Shown here: in pieces, positions 47,932-58,597 of the stretch
How positions within the stretch are numbered: position 1 is the stretch's first letter
Layout: the number at the start of each line of letters is the position of its first letter
From: an uncultured Acidimicrobiaceae bacterium
Lineage (GTDB): Bacteria; Actinomycetota; Acidimicrobiia; Acidimicrobiales; Palsa-688
DNA: 64,000 nt
Assembly (NCBI GenBank): GCA_963780345.1
Contig: CAWABU010000002.1
Coordinates: 595,512-659,511, forward strand
Reading direction: 5' to 3'
Position numbers and translations under genes: made by a program
The notes under the pieces: generated by a model
Databases searched by the model: none
Seen by the model: the letters and a program-made list of their open reading frames with translations, nothing else
Told to the model about the DNA's origin: nothing

Positions 47932-48773
47932 ACCACTGGGCGGCCGAAGCGTTCACCGCCGAGGAGTTCGAGGATCCGTTCGATCCCGGTCCCACCGTGA
48001 GCATCCGGTCGTTGAAATCAGCGGTCAAGCGACGGAAGCGGCTGTGGATTGCGACGGCCTTCGCGGGACTGATTCTGGGCGCCAGCCTCCACGTCCTCCT
48101 CCCGAGCAAGGTGGCGGCGGTTTCCAGGCTGTATCTGATCCAACCAGCGGGGGCCGACCCGACCATCGCCATCACCAATGACCTCAACCTGCTCGGGACT
48201 CGCACGGTGGCGGTCGCCGCGTCGGGCGTACTGCAGTCTGGCGCCACTCAGCCCCTGACTTCCTACAAGGGGTCGGCCCAGGGCAGCGCCCTGCTGGCGA
48301 TCAAGGCCACCGGCCCGACCGGAACCGAGGCCGCGGCCAGGGCCAACGCCGTGGCCAAGGCCTTCCTCCAGGTTCGCGCTCAGGTCCAGAAGCAGGCGAC
48401 GGACGCCGAGATCACAACGCTCAGCGCCGAAATCCAGTCCCGCCAGGCCGACATGGCGTCATCCAGGAACGCGGCCCAGCAAAGCCAGGACCGGTACCAG
48501 ATCGGGATATTCCAGGACCAGATAGCCCAGGACAAAGCCGGTCAATCTGCGGTGGTTCGCAACAGCGTCGTGCTCGACCCGGCGTATGTCGTGGTGGTGT
48601 CGGCCAAGAAGACCGCCATCAAGGACGGGCTGGCCGGGCTGATCGCGGGGCTCGCCCTCGGCATCACCATCGTGATCCTGGGTGAGTTGCTGTCCGACCG
48701 GGTCCGCGGCCGTTCTGACGTGGCGTCCGCGCTCGGCGCGCCGGTCGAGTTGAGCGTGGGCCGGCTCAAGTGA
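47919..48773 (+). CDS. Wzz/CapA-like chain-length-determinant membrane protein
   Basis: N-terminal TM (LWIATAFAGLILGASLHVLL), a coiled periplasmic domain, C-terminal TM (GLAGLIAGLALGITIVILG) and the RGRSDVASALGAPVEL linker motif. GTGA overlap with the next gene. Confidence 0.6.
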   Translation: MAGIDHWAAEAFTAEEFEDPFDPGPTVSIRSLKSAVKRRKRLWIATAFAGLILGASLHVLLPSKVAAVSRLYLIQPAGADPTIAITNDLNLLGTRTVAVAASGVLQSGATQPLTSYKGSAQGSALLAIKATGPTGTEAAARANAVAKAFLQVRAQVQKQATDAEITTLSAEIQSRQADMASSRNAAQQSQDRYQIGIFQDQIAQDKAGQSAVVRNSVVLDPAYVVVVSAKKTAIKDGLAGLIAGLALGITIVILGELLSDRVRGRSDVASALGAPVELSVGRLK

Positions 48774-49423
48774 CCCGGTGGTGGAAGGCTGCCCGGCTCC
48801 GGCGGCGATTGAACCATCCCACGCCCGCGTTGCAGTTGATCGTGCGGCGGCTGCGGGTTCAGCTCCAGAACGCGCCCGGTGAAGCGCTGGCCCTGGTGGA
48901 GATCGGGTCGGCCGAACCGGCCGCTGTCGCCCTGGCGTCGCTGGCCCACCTCCTGGCGTCGGACGGCCAACGGGTGGTCCTGGCCGACACCGCCGAGGGC
49001 CGCCCCTTGTCCACCCTCGTCCGCGGATCCTGCGAGGCGGGATCGCTCTGCATGGTGTCGGTGAAGGGGCAACCGGTCGGTCTCTTCGTCGCTCCGGCCG
49101 ACCCAACCCGGATGGCGGACCTGGACGCCGGCGAGGACGCCGATGTGGTCCTGGTCCTGGCCAGCATCGATCCCGCCCTGGGCGCGGACCACGTGGCGGC
49201 CTGGGCCGGAGATGCCGTCGTGATGGTACGGGCCGGCGAAGCGACGTCCTCGCGGATCGACGGGGTGGCCAAGCAGCTTCGCGAGGCGCGCGTCCTCATT
49301 CGCTCAGCGGTGCTCATCGGGACCGACTCCGACGACTACAGCTCCGGCCTTCCTGCCCCTCGCCCCCACGGGCCCGACCCTGCCGACCTTCTCCTCCAGT
49401 CCCTCAATGCCTCCGGGCACTGA
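48770..49423 (+). CDS. CapB/BY-kinase-like domain protein lacking Walker A (predicted pseudo-ATPase)
   Basis: Block-by-block similarity to the BY-kinase at 1-996 (ALVEIGSAEP..RVVLADTAEGRP ~ ILVSSPYSNEGKT..RIGVVSCDLRKP; DADVVLVLASIDP ~ FEIVLIDSPP), but GKT is replaced by AEP. About 55% identical to 60208-60872. Confidence 0.55.
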   Translation: MTRWWKAARLRRRLNHPTPALQLIVRRLRVQLQNAPGEALALVEIGSAEPAAVALASLAHLLASDGQRVVLADTAEGRPLSTLVRGSCEAGSLCMVSVKGQPVGLFVAPADPTRMADLDAGEDADVVLVLASIDPALGADHVAAWAGDAVVMVRAGEATSSRIDGVAKQLREARVLIRSAVLIGTDSDDYSSGLPAPRPHGPDPADLLLQSLNASGH

Positions 49424-49429
49424 CGCCGA

Positions 49430-51079
49430 TCAGGGCCGGTAGACACTCTCCTGGTCCTGGGGGGCGAAGCGATCCCCTGAGCCGTTGGTGTTGGTCGTCC
49501 CGGCCGTCCACTGCGACCACGTCGAGAAGTCGCCCTGCGAAAAGGCGACAAACCGCCATGGCCCGTTGTACGTGTTGTGCTCGAAGTGATTGTTCTGCTG
49601 GTTGGAGATGGCGTTGGGGACAACCCAGGCCCGGTATGGCGCCAGGGTGCCGAAGATGCCAAAAAGGGCGTTGTAGCCACACCCGGTGCTGCTGCCCGGA
49701 TGGGCGATGGCCCGGGTGCAAGCGGCACCGAGCGCCGCCGGGTTGAAGTTGAACGTATTGCCGCTGACCGTCACGTTCTGGGTCTTCCACCGACAATTGT
49801 CGAAGTAGTCGGGGTTGGCACCCGGCGTATCGGCCGGCAGGTGCTGGGCGCAGGTGGCCCGCGTGTAGCGGCCTGGTTCGATCAGGGTGCAGACCGCGTC
49901 CACGCTGACCCCGCAAACCCGGCCGGGGCTGTCGTACAGCGTTACTCCACCCCAGTTGTTCGTCAGGACGTTCCCGGCCACGAGAAACTGCCCGCTGTAC
50001 TCGCCAGGTACTCTCCGGTCGGAGCCGGACTCCGAGATGTAGATGGCCGAGCCCGGGAAGTCTGGTGTGTCGTTGTGGGTGCCAGCACCGATGTCATTGC
50101 CGATCAGAGTGTTGTCGGTGATGCGGGCGTTATAGGAGATCTCGTACATGATCCCTTCGCCGTAGTTGTTGGCGATGTAGTTGTGGGAGATGTCGAATCC
50201 GGCGTTGTTGGTGTCCGCCCACAGCCCCGGATCTCCGTTGTCATGGACATAGTTCCCGGTGACGACGCCGCCGATCGTCTCCCAGAACTTGCCGCCGCCC
50301 GCGCAACCACAGTCAGGATTGGCTCCGCCCGGGTGGTCGTACGCACCCGCGGTGTCGTTGTAGGAGATCTCGTTGTTGGTCAGCGTGACGTGCCGGGACT
50401 CAAAGCTGATGAAGCCGTACTCGCCGTTGTGGGTCAGGCAGTTATTCGTGACCGTCGAGTTCGTGCCGACCAGGACGCCTGCCCCATTGACGTTATCCTT
50501 GATCAGGTTGTATTCGATGCGCCAGTTGCTGTAGCCGCCTTCCCCGACGACCGCCGCCCCCTCGCCGGCCATGAAGTCCTCGATCGTCAGATACTTGATC
50601 GTCACGTTGGTGTCCGCAGCCTCGGCGTAGGTGCTGTTGGATTCCACGGCGTAGTTGTTCTGGCCTTGACCGCTCAGGATGGCCCCTGGCGCACCGACGA
50701 AGGTGTCGCCCGGCGCGGCCTGAATCTGGGCGTACGGACCGGAGCCGAGGGTGTGAACGCCCGGCGCGAACCAGTAGACGGTGTTCGGCCGGATGCGATA
50801 GTTGATGACAATTTCGGAGTTGCTGTTGTCGCCGGCGGGAATCGTCACCGCGCCGGTCGGGGGGGTTCGGTAAGGGCTGGTGAACCCGGTTTCGCACCAG
50901 GTCACAGGCGGGGACAGGGGGGCCGCGTCAGCCCCGGTGCCGGGAGAGGGAGAGGGGGGTCGGGCGGAGACGGTCGTCGGGGGTGAGCCGCGGGTCGAGT
51001 CCGCGAACGGCGCGCACGCGGTCAGACCCAGGCCCCCGCCGAAGGCCAGCGCCGCGATCAGAAGAAAGGCGCGCTTCAC
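49430..51079 (-). CDS. right-handed parallel beta-helix repeat lipoprotein (pectate-lyase-fold; putative polysaccharide lyase/hydrolase)
   Basis: Lipobox LTAC after a signal peptide (GTG start at 51077-51079). Repeated NNxIxxN beta-helix rungs (TNNCLTHNGEYGF, TNNEISYNDTAG, SHNYIANNYGEG, TDNTLIGNDIGAG). Confidence 0.7.
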   Translation of the reverse strand: MKRAFLLIAALAFGGGLGLTACAPFADSTRGSPPTTVSARPPSPSPGTGADAAPLSPPVTWCETGFTSPYRTPPTGAVTIPAGDNSNSEIVINYRIRPNTVYWFAPGVHTLGSGPYAQIQAAPGDTFVGAPGAILSGQGQNNYAVESNSTYAEAADTNVTIKYLTIEDFMAGEGAAVVGEGGYSNWRIEYNLIKDNVNGAGVLVGTNSTVTNNCLTHNGEYGFISFESRHVTLTNNEISYNDTAGAYDHPGGANPDCGCAGGGKFWETIGGVVTGNYVHDNGDPGLWADTNNAGFDISHNYIANNYGEGIMYEISYNARITDNTLIGNDIGAGTHNDTPDFPGSAIYISESGSDRRVPGEYSGQFLVAGNVLTNNWGGVTLYDSPGRVCGVSVDAVCTLIEPGRYTRATCAQHLPADTPGANPDYFDNCRWKTQNVTVSGNTFNFNPAALGAACTRAIAHPGSSTGCGYNALFGIFGTLAPYRAWVVPNAISNQQNNHFEHNTYNGPWRFVAFSQGDFSTWSQWTAGTTNTNGSGDRFAPQDQESVYRP

Positions 51080-51237
51080 GCCTAGTGGGCCGGCCAGAAA
51101 CTCGACGCCGGAAACTCGGCAGTCAGAACGCCTGATTGCATGGCGACACCAGGCCGCGAGTTTCCGGCGTCGAGTTCGCAGGCAGCCCACTAGCCCGCGG
51201 CCGGACCTTGCCCGGTGCGGACCTCCCGACGCCGACC

Positions 51238-52140
51238 CTACCGGCCGCGTCTCCACGCGGCACCAATACCGTCGCCGGGCCACCAATGATTGCGAGGCTG
51301 CTCACTGAAGAAGAGGTACTGACGCCCGGTCCGCTCGGCCCAATCGGAGAGGGCCGATGAATCGTGGGCATTGTCAGAGAGAATGATGGCGTCGTCGCGG
51401 AGACGACTTTCGACCGCGGCCAGTTCCCTGGTTTCGTAGTCGTAGGTGTGAAGGCTGTCGTGAAGGAACATGTCCACGCCCTCAGCGCCCGCGAGCACCT
51501 CGGTCGAGTCGCCCGTGCGGCGGTCTATGACCTCAGCCCACGGCCCTCCGATGAGGTACCCGGCCTCCGGATCGATATCGATCGTCGTCAGCCGACCGTG
51601 CCCATTTCGGAGCAGGGCGGCAGCGATGGCACACGAACCAAGGCCCAGGTGGGTGCCGGTCTCGATGATGCAATCGGGCTGCTTGGCCCGGACGAGGGCA
51701 TACCATCCGAGCCGCCGCGCCCACCGCGGCTCCTTCGGGGATATGCCGCGGCGCGGACCGGACGACAATCGATCCGTCAGATGGTCGAAGAGGCCGCGGT
51801 CGTCCTCGAGTTCCTGCATCCACGCCCGCACCTGTTTGACGTCCGCTCCGGATACAGCCGCGACAAACCAGGCCAGCTGGTCACGGTTGAGCGAATCCAG
51901 CTCGTACGTGAAGTTGGTCGTCTCGCGGTCACGGACCAGCCAATCGACCGACCGCCCGATGACGTGGGCATCGTAGCGCGCCACCAGCAAGGTGCGCAGG
52001 GGGAACGCCGCCCCTCTGGCTGCGGATGAGTTTGCGAGCCGGTGTCGGACTCTCGACTGCATGGCGCTGGCACCCTTTGCGACTGTGATCATGGGGTTCG
52101 TGCTCACCTCGTGTGGAAGGTCTTCATTGATGGCGGACAT
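51238..52140 (-). CDS. class I SAM-dependent methyltransferase (TylF/MycF macrocin-O-methyltransferase-like family)
   Basis: ..CIIETGTHLGLGSCAIAAAL.. SAM-binding motif and ..MFLHDSLHTYDYE.. typical of TylF-like enzymes. The start may be internal (52062). Confidence 0.6.
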   Translation of the reverse strand: MSAINEDLPHEVSTNPMITVAKGASAMQSRVRHRLANSSAARGAAFPLRTLLVARYDAHVIGRSVDWLVRDRETTNFTYELDSLNRDQLAWFVAAVSGADVKQVRAWMQELEDDRGLFDHLTDRLSSGPRRGISPKEPRWARRLGWYALVRAKQPDCIIETGTHLGLGSCAIAAALLRNGHGRLTTIDIDPEAGYLIGGPWAEVIDRRTGDSTEVLAGAEGVDMFLHDSLHTYDYETRELAAVESRLRDDAIILSDNAHDSSALSDWAERTGRQYLFFSEQPRNHWWPGDGIGAAWRRGR

Positions 52141-52172
52141 AGGCTACGGGCCGGTGACGGCGTTCTGGCTCC

Positions 52173-53420
52173 CTAATGGGCGGGGTGCGGACTGAGCCAG
52201 AAGCCATCTCGAGCTTCCGACCTGCGGCCGGCGCGGGGGACAAGGAGGGACGCCGCCAGCGTGAGATCGAGCAAGTAGATGGTGGGTTCACCCATCCCCG
52301 TATCGGTGTACGAAGCGAACAGGCAATAGGCGATCAGGAAGAGGGCAAGAGCGCTGGTGGGCCCCCGGGGTCGCAGCAGAGCCGTGATCAAGAGAACGAG
52401 GAAGATGGCCGCTTCGAGAACACAGCCCACGATTCCCTGGTTCTGGTAGGTGGCGACCCAACTGTTGTCAATCGGGAGTCCGTTGTCGACCGTTTGGTTG
52501 ATCACAGAGTCATTGGTCATCCCGGAGCCGAGAATCTTGTTGGTCTCCGGACGAGACTCGGTGAAAACCAGATGCCAGGCGTTGGTACGGCCGGACAGAT
52601 TAGAGAGAGCCTGGGCGTTCTGGCCCCGGACGAGCCACGCCGTGATCGCCGGGGAGAGGGGCACCAGGACGGTCAGGATCACGACCAGAGAAATCGCAAA
52701 GGTCCGGCGAACCCGTTGCTTGGTGACGAACAGGCTCAGGGCTGCGACGAGGAGGCCGACCACGAGGCCGCCCAGGGCAGTGCGCGTGTGCGTCGCGAGC
52801 AGAGCGATGAAGCCCCCGCCAATCAGCAGCATGGCCGGCTTGCGGCGAATCATGCCGCACAGCCACAGCACCACGGTCAAGCCAGTGAGCTCGGCCGTAT
52901 AATGCGCCGCTTGCGGGGCGGTCATCGGCCAAATTACCCCATTGAGCCGAGGGCTGCCGTAGTTCAGAGAAAAGGCCCGGCTCGGCGAGATGAGAATCCC
53001 CAGGAACAACGATCCGAGGATGGCGGTCAGCACCAGGAGCTGACCGCGTAGCAGGACCAGTCCTCGATCCCGGAACCAGGGGGTGAGCAGCCAGATGACG
53101 GCGAGGAAGACCAGAAAGCGAACACTTCTGTAGGTCGTCCCGAGCCCGACGAACCTGACGCTCATCATAAAGGCGAGGAGACCCATCAGGGTGTAGAGGC
53201 CGAGAAACAGATTCGGACGGATGATGCCCTTTCGATTGACCGTCAACGCCACTATCAGCGCGGCCACCAGGGCACCCTGGGTCAGCAGCTGCCCAAACTT
53301 GTGCGGGATAGGAAGCACCAGCGTCGGCTTCGCAAAAGCGAGCGTGTTCAGGAACAGGAGGGCCCAGACCGCGGTGACGTGCCGCAGGCGGCGCCTGTCG
53401 ACGGGGGCCTCCAACTGCAT
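52173..53420 (-). CDS. O-antigen ligase/Wzy-like polymerase family membrane protein
   Basis: About 10-12 TM helices with one large extracytoplasmic loop, in a polysaccharide locus. Start chosen at MQLEAPVDRR. The ORF extends to 53573. Confidence 0.6.
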   Translation of the reverse strand: MQLEAPVDRRRLRHVTAVWALLFLNTLAFAKPTLVLPIPHKFGQLLTQGALVAALIVALTVNRKGIIRPNLFLGLYTLMGLLAFMMSVRFVGLGTTYRSVRFLVFLAVIWLLTPWFRDRGLVLLRGQLLVLTAILGSLFLGILISPSRAFSLNYGSPRLNGVIWPMTAPQAAHYTAELTGLTVVLWLCGMIRRKPAMLLIGGGFIALLATHTRTALGGLVVGLLVAALSLFVTKQRVRRTFAISLVVILTVLVPLSPAITAWLVRGQNAQALSNLSGRTNAWHLVFTESRPETNKILGSGMTNDSVINQTVDNGLPIDNSWVATYQNQGIVGCVLEAAIFLVLLITALLRPRGPTSALALFLIAYCLFASYTDTGMGEPTIYLLDLTLAASLLVPRAGRRSEARDGFWLSPHPAH

Positions 53421-53520
53421 GGGGGCAGGTGCGCTCAGCAAGGTCACGGACCGACTCCTTCCGCCCTGCTGAGAGACGCTGGACGCCGGTTTGATACACG
53501 GCCTTCGCGGACCTCGACAC

Positions 53521-55713
53521 TCACCGTCGTGGTCCGATCGCTCTGCGTGTTCCAGGTGCATCGGTGGCGCCACCGCGAACCCGGTGCAGCTTGGAAGGCC
53601 GGCGCCGCACGAGAGGTTCGCCTACGAGCAGGCCGGACCCACCGTCGAGACGGATCTGGCCGCGCCGGCGAGAAGCGGCGGATGGCCAGTGTCGCCCACC
53701 GGATCGAATTGCAGCGAGGTCGCCAGCCGAGTTGTGGCCGGTACAGATCCCCTGGCCGAGAACGGTCGTAATCGGCTCCCGCTCACCAAAGGCTCTCGAG
53801 TACCAGCCGAGCACGGGGTCGGTTGCTCCCCTGACCAGGGACCAGGTCAGATCGCCCGGCAGCTCCAGTGTGGCCGAACGGCCGCCACTCTCCTGGTCAT
53901 CCCAGTCGAGATGCACCCTGCGACCGTTGATCACGGCGTTCACGGCCGGACCGAGGTGAAAGGCCACCTGCAGCCGATGGGCGCCGCCCGTCCACACCTG
54001 GTCCATGATCTCGATGCGCCTCTCGGCGCTCAGGAGCCGAACCGTGCGCCGATGACGCGCCGGGGGATCGAGCGCGGCGTAGCCATCATGTTCGGCCGAC
54101 CAGTGCGTCACCCGACCTTCGGCGTCGGAGCGAACCTCGAGACATCGGGTTCGAGCCGACCGGATCCAGAGGGTCGGACCACCTGAAGTCGATTGGTCCC
54201 GGCCGGCTATCTCGACGGTGTTGTGCCCGAGCGTGGACTTGAAGTAGCGGCGCCAGCTGGGCTCGCTGCTGTAACAGTAGGTTCCCGGGTCGACCAGGAT
54301 CTCGGTCCCGCCGTGCCGGACCTCGACCGCCAGGGCGTCGGCGTGAGCGTGGGCGGCGATCGACAGGAATCCGTGGGGACCGCCGTCGCAGCGACACCAG
54401 ATTTCGGGACCGTGGCCGGGAACACTTCGCATGATGGTCAGGCCGGCGTCGTCGAAGTGGTCCGGGCGCGGCGAGGGACGTCGCGCCTGCGGGTGGAATC
54501 CGACCAGGGCTGCCACCAGGGTGCTCATGGCGTCGGGTGGGGCAACGGGCCACCAGTCCGCGGCGCCGAATACCGCGGCGCCGAGGGCCAGAAGGCTGGC
54601 CCACCGGTTGGAACCCTGACCTTCGAGCACCAGCGCCCGGCCGTCGTCGCTGTCGCCCTGGCGCGGGGCGTGCAGCTCGATGTCGACGACCGATGCGACG
54701 ACGTCGAGCATGCGGCCCAGCTCTTCCCAGATGCCCGCCGGCAGAACGTAGCCGGCTGTCTCGGCCTCGGCGGCGGCCAGGAGGCCGAGCTCGGCGACGA
54801 AACCGTGGTAGTCAAAAGCCATCTCGCGGTTGACGCCGCTCGGAAACGTATTGTTCGCCAGCTGGTCACCCAGGAGGGCGGCGGCATCAGCCGCCCACTT
54901 CTGACTGTCCTCGAACCAGTTGAAGGCCAGAGCGGCCGCGAGCTGCCCGGCCGCCTCCGCGATCACGTGGTTGTTGGCCGACGACCCGCGACTCTGGAAG
55001 TTGGCCAGGTAGTGCTGGTGCCACCAGATCTGCGCCAACGCGTCGGGGTTGTCTTCGAACAGCTCCGGCGCGCCCGCCCAGCCGTCCAACAACCGGCGGA
55101 CCCATACCCAGGAGATGAGGCGCACTCCGAGCTCTATGCCGCTGGTCCAGTGGATTCCGGACAGGACCGGGTTCTGCCCCCACCACGATCGCAGCTGACG
55201 GGCGGCTCCCTCGGCGTATTTCTCGTCTCGCGAGAAGGCGAAGGCCGCCGCCAGCACCGTCACGTGATGAAGGCGGGACATTTCCCACACCTGCTTGACG
55301 TTGCCGGTTACCCGGGTATCGCGATGATCGACCGAAAAGCAATACTCGTGTTGAGGGGCCCGCGTCCCCGATACCGGATCGAGGAACCAGTCCGGTGCGG
55401 CCACGTCGGGACGCGGCACACCCAGCACGGTCCACCGCCCGGCCAGAATCTCCTCGGCCGCGGCGACAACGGCCTGGCGAGAGTCGCCGGGAACGGCCGC
55501 CAGCGCTCCGGAGGGAAGGATGGCAGTGAACGCGCCAGCCGGGCCGGCCGGGTGGTCCAGCGGCACACTGTCGATCCGGGGCTGCCGGCCCGGGCGGACC
55601 TGGTACCGCATCCAGGCTCGTTGCCGGGCGTAGTCCGACAGGCGCCAGCCAACCTCCTGGAGGGACATCCGCTGAAGCCGCCGGAGGTACCACTCCAGTC
55701 TGGACGTCCTCAC
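53521..55713 (-). CDS. heparinase II/III-like family protein (alginate-lyase-like N-domain + Hepar_II_III C-domain)
   Basis: N-terminus MRTSRLEWYLRRLQRMSLQEVGWRL, the (alpha/alpha)-toroid region with NNHVIAEAAGQLAAALAF, and the C-terminal beta-sandwich with AHAHADALAVEV. The last ~90 aa are low-complexity and overlap the Wzy-like gene. Confidence 0.7.
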   Translation of the reverse strand: MRTSRLEWYLRRLQRMSLQEVGWRLSDYARQRAWMRYQVRPGRQPRIDSVPLDHPAGPAGAFTAILPSGALAAVPGDSRQAVVAAAEEILAGRWTVLGVPRPDVAAPDWFLDPVSGTRAPQHEYCFSVDHRDTRVTGNVKQVWEMSRLHHVTVLAAAFAFSRDEKYAEGAARQLRSWWGQNPVLSGIHWTSGIELGVRLISWVWVRRLLDGWAGAPELFEDNPDALAQIWWHQHYLANFQSRGSSANNHVIAEAAGQLAAALAFNWFEDSQKWAADAAALLGDQLANNTFPSGVNREMAFDYHGFVAELGLLAAAEAETAGYVLPAGIWEELGRMLDVVASVVDIELHAPRQGDSDDGRALVLEGQGSNRWASLLALGAAVFGAADWWPVAPPDAMSTLVAALVGFHPQARRPSPRPDHFDDAGLTIMRSVPGHGPEIWCRCDGGPHGFLSIAAHAHADALAVEVRHGGTEILVDPGTYCYSSEPSWRRYFKSTLGHNTVEIAGRDQSTSGGPTLWIRSARTRCLEVRSDAEGRVTHWSAEHDGYAALDPPARHRRTVRLLSAERRIEIMDQVWTGGAHRLQVAFHLGPAVNAVINGRRVHLDWDDQESGGRSATLELPGDLTWSLVRGATDPVLGWYSRAFGEREPITTVLGQGICTGHNSAGDLAAIRSGGRHWPSAASRRRGQIRLDGGSGLLVGEPLVRRRPSKLHRVRGGATDAPGTRRAIGPRR

Positions 55714-56954
55714 CTTTTGTCAGACTTCACTGGCTCCCGTTCGACGCCGTCGCCGCCAGTCGCCAGAAGGTGCTCGTAGACGCCGAGATATCTCGGCGCC
55801 TGGTGGGTCCAGGCCAGTTCTTGCTCCACCCGGGCGCGTCCAGCCGCACCCATCGACCGCCGTCGTGCTTCGTCGTCGACGAGGTCGATCACCAGGGCAG
55901 CCAGTTCCTCGACGTCGTTTGGAGTGGCATAGGCCCCGGCCTCGGCTGCCGATGCCCTCGTCTCGAGGAGATCGAAGGCCACGACCGGAAGACCAAAGGC
56001 CATGTACTCCATGGTCTTGTTCATGGTTGAGAGATCGTTGAGGGGATTCTTCGGATCCGGCGAAATCCCGACGGCCGCGCTCGACAAGATGGCGGCGACC
56101 GTCTCATCCGGGACTCGTCCGGTGAACTCCACCGCGTCAACCAGGTTGAGACGGTCTCGAGTCTCGATCAGCTCGTTGAAGCAGTCGCCTGCTCCGATCA
56201 GCGTGAAGGCGATGTCCCTCCTCTGCAGGCGGTTGACGATGATATCGGCGGCCTCGAGGACGATGTGAACTCCGTCCTGGGGCCCCATCACACCGATATA
56301 CGCAACCAGGTGCTGTCGACCTCGCCGGAGGCTCGGGTCGACCGACCGGGGCTTGAGCCGGGTTGGGTCCGGACCGGTGCGGACCACGGTGACCCGATCG
56401 GGCGCCAATCCGTGCCGCTGGATCACGACGCCCCGATAGGAGCCGTTGGTCGAGATGACGTGGTCCGCGGCTCTCACGGTTCGCCGCTCGAGGAAGCGCA
56501 GGGCCCGGTAGAGCAGCCGGGACCCTTCCGGGAAACGGGACTGGTAGGTCTCGGGGCAGAGGTCGTGGTGATCGAAGACGAATCGGGACCCCCACAACCA
56601 ACGGCAGAGCAGGCCGATGGGCCAGAAGATATCGGGAGGATTGCAGCTTTGCACCGCAGCAAACCCCCGGCCGCGGCTCGCCCGGAGGGCCAGCCACAAG
56701 GTGGCCACAAAGGAGTAGAGGTACTCGGCGAAGAACGATGCTACGCCGCCACTGGACGCAAACGGCCGGTACTTGAACAACTCGACGCCTTCGACCACGG
56801 CATGGCCTGGATCGCCCGGGCCCTTGGGACAGACCACGGCCACCTGATACCCGGCGTCCCGCAGGGTCCGGCATTCCAGCCAGACCCGCCGGTCGAACGG
56901 TACAGGAAGATTCTGGACGATGATCAGGATGCGCTTGTTGTTGCCGGCATTCAT
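55710..56954 (-). CDS. GT4-family glycosyltransferase
   Basis: N-terminus [28 protein letters not shown]-domain with ..EYMAFGLPVVAFDLLETR.. . Confidence 0.8.
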   Translation of the reverse strand: MNAGNNKRILIIVQNLPVPFDRRVWLECRTLRDAGYQVAVVCPKGPGDPGHAVVEGVELFKYRPFASSGGVASFFAEYLYSFVATLWLALRASRGRGFAAVQSCNPPDIFWPIGLLCRWLWGSRFVFDHHDLCPETYQSRFPEGSRLLYRALRFLERRTVRAADHVISTNGSYRGVVIQRHGLAPDRVTVVRTGPDPTRLKPRSVDPSLRRGRQHLVAYIGVMGPQDGVHIVLEAADIIVNRLQRRDIAFTLIGAGDCFNELIETRDRLNLVDAVEFTGRVPDETVAAILSSAAVGISPDPKNPLNDLSTMNKTMEYMAFGLPVVAFDLLETRASAAEAGAYATPNDVEELAALVIDLVDDEARRRSMGAAGRARVEQELAWTHQAPRYLGVYEHLLATGGDGVEREPVKSDKR

Positions 56955-58597
56955 TCCGGACTCCCGGCGTCGACGCCCGCCAGGTCCGGAACGGTCAGCG
57001 GCGCGGCCATCAGGCCCCCCGGTGCCGGGCCATCCTGCTCGTCCCCCCGGTTCGGAAGAACGGCCCGGATGGCACGGACCGCGACCGCGTGGGCCGTGTT
57101 GGCGAGGATCGACAGATCCAGGCCGATCGACCAGTTGTCCACGTAAAACAGATCGAGGCGTTGGTACGCACTGAAGGCCGGGTTGTCGCGGGCCTCGCTT
57201 TGCCAGAGACCGGTCAGCCCGGGGCGCATTTGATACCGGCGCCGGAGCTCCGTATCAAAATGGAGATCCTCGTGCGGCAGGGCCGGCCTCGGCCCTACCA
57301 GGCTCATGGTGCCGGTGAGAACGTTCCAGAGCTGGGGGAGCTCGTCGATGCTCGTCGCCCGCAGGAGCCGGCCGATCCGGGTCACGCGAGGATCGTGCGA
57401 GGCTTTGAAGAGCGGCCCTCCCGTTCTCTCGTTCATCGCCTGCAGGTCGGCCAGCATCTGGGCGGCGTTGGGCACCATGGTGCGGAGCTTCAAGACGGTG
57501 ATCGGCTTGGCGTCCTGACCGACAACGGTGTTGTGGTACAGGACCGGGCCGCCGTCCTCGAGCTTGATACGCAGAGCTGCCACCAGCACGACGGGTATCA
57601 CTACAGGAGCCACCGCGACCGTAAGGAAGACGTCGATGGCCCGTTTGATCAATTTCTGCCACGTCGGGGCCCGGGGTGGTTCGACGCGAAGGACCGGGAT
57701 TCCGGATACGGGAGTGAGCTGAAGGCGCCGGCTCGACAGGCTCGGAAGACCAGGCCAGATCTGCACGTCCAGGCCCGCAGCCAGGCCCTCGCTGACCGCG
57801 GCGCTGGTCGCATCGGCTCGCAGCGCCCCGGCCACCACGATGACGGCGCTGGCGCCGGTACGCCTCGCCATATCAGGAAGGGCGCCGACGTCGAAAGGCC
57901 GTGAGACCTTGTCCATCCGTTCGCACCCCTGTCGCTCCCCCACGACACCCACGACGCGGTAGCCGAGCTCGGGCTCATCGGACAACATCTGCCACAACGC
58001 CGCCGCATCCTCGTTGCTCCCAACCAGGATGGTAGGCCGAAGGAGACGCCCCCTCGAATATCGGCCCTTGAGCCACCGACCAAAGCGCCATCGAAGGGCG
58101 AGAATCAGCCCGGCGCTGATGGCCGCGCCCGCGAGTGCGACGCCAGCCGGGTCCGCACCCGCCAGCCAGGCGCAGGCCGCATACACGAACCCTCCGGCCA
58201 GGGCAGAGAACAGCACCCGCACTACCTCCCGCGAGTGCAGGGCGCACACCCGCGAGCGGTAGAGCCCGGCCTGCTGCATCGCGGCCAGAGTCGACCCGAT
58301 AGCTGCGGCCGCGCCGAGGAACTGTCGGCCCGTGCCGGCCCCCTGAGCGAGCAGGGCCAACGGCACCCAGGCGAGGGTCAGGGCGAGGGCGTCGCTCAGC
58401 GTCAGGTGATGCCGGAGGGACAGCCCTGACACTCCCGCCTTGGGGCCGGCGCCGGCAGGCGCGCCCTCTGTGACGACAGCAAGCGGTACTGATCCCGCGT
58501 CAGAGGAGCCGTCCTGGTGGTTCTTTGCCCCCGAAGGGAGTGAATCGATCATTGAGGCCACGTTGCGCTCCTCGCCATTCCCGAGTCCCGGACCCAC
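56951..58597 (-). CDS. polyprenyl-phosphate glycosyl-1-phosphate transferase (WbaP/CpsE-like priming sugar transferase)
   Basis: C-terminal bacterial sugar-transferase domain [16 protein letters not shown]...[32 protein letters not shown], and an N-terminal 4-5 TM region. Confidence 0.85.
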   Translation of the reverse strand: MGPGLGNGEERNVASMIDSLPSGAKNHQDGSSDAGSVPLAVVTEGAPAGAGPKAGVSGLSLRHHLTLSDALALTLAWVPLALLAQGAGTGRQFLGAAAAIGSTLAAMQQAGLYRSRVCALHSREVVRVLFSALAGGFVYAACAWLAGADPAGVALAGAAISAGLILALRWRFGRWLKGRYSRGRLLRPTILVGSNEDAAALWQMLSDEPELGYRVVGVVGERQGCERMDKVSRPFDVGALPDMARRTGASAVIVVAGALRADATSAAVSEGLAAGLDVQIWPGLPSLSSRRLQLTPVSGIPVLRVEPPRAPTWQKLIKRAIDVFLTVAVAPVVIPVVLVAALRIKLEDGGPVLYHNTVVGQDAKPITVLKLRTMVPNAAQMLADLQAMNERTGGPLFKASHDPRVTRIGRLLRATSIDELPQLWNVLTGTMSLVGPRPALPHEDLHFDTELRRRYQMRPGLTGLWQSEARDNPAFSAYQRLDLFYVDNWSIGLDLSILANTAHAVAVRAIRAVLPNRGDEQDGPAPGGLMAAPLTVPDLAGVDAGSPE

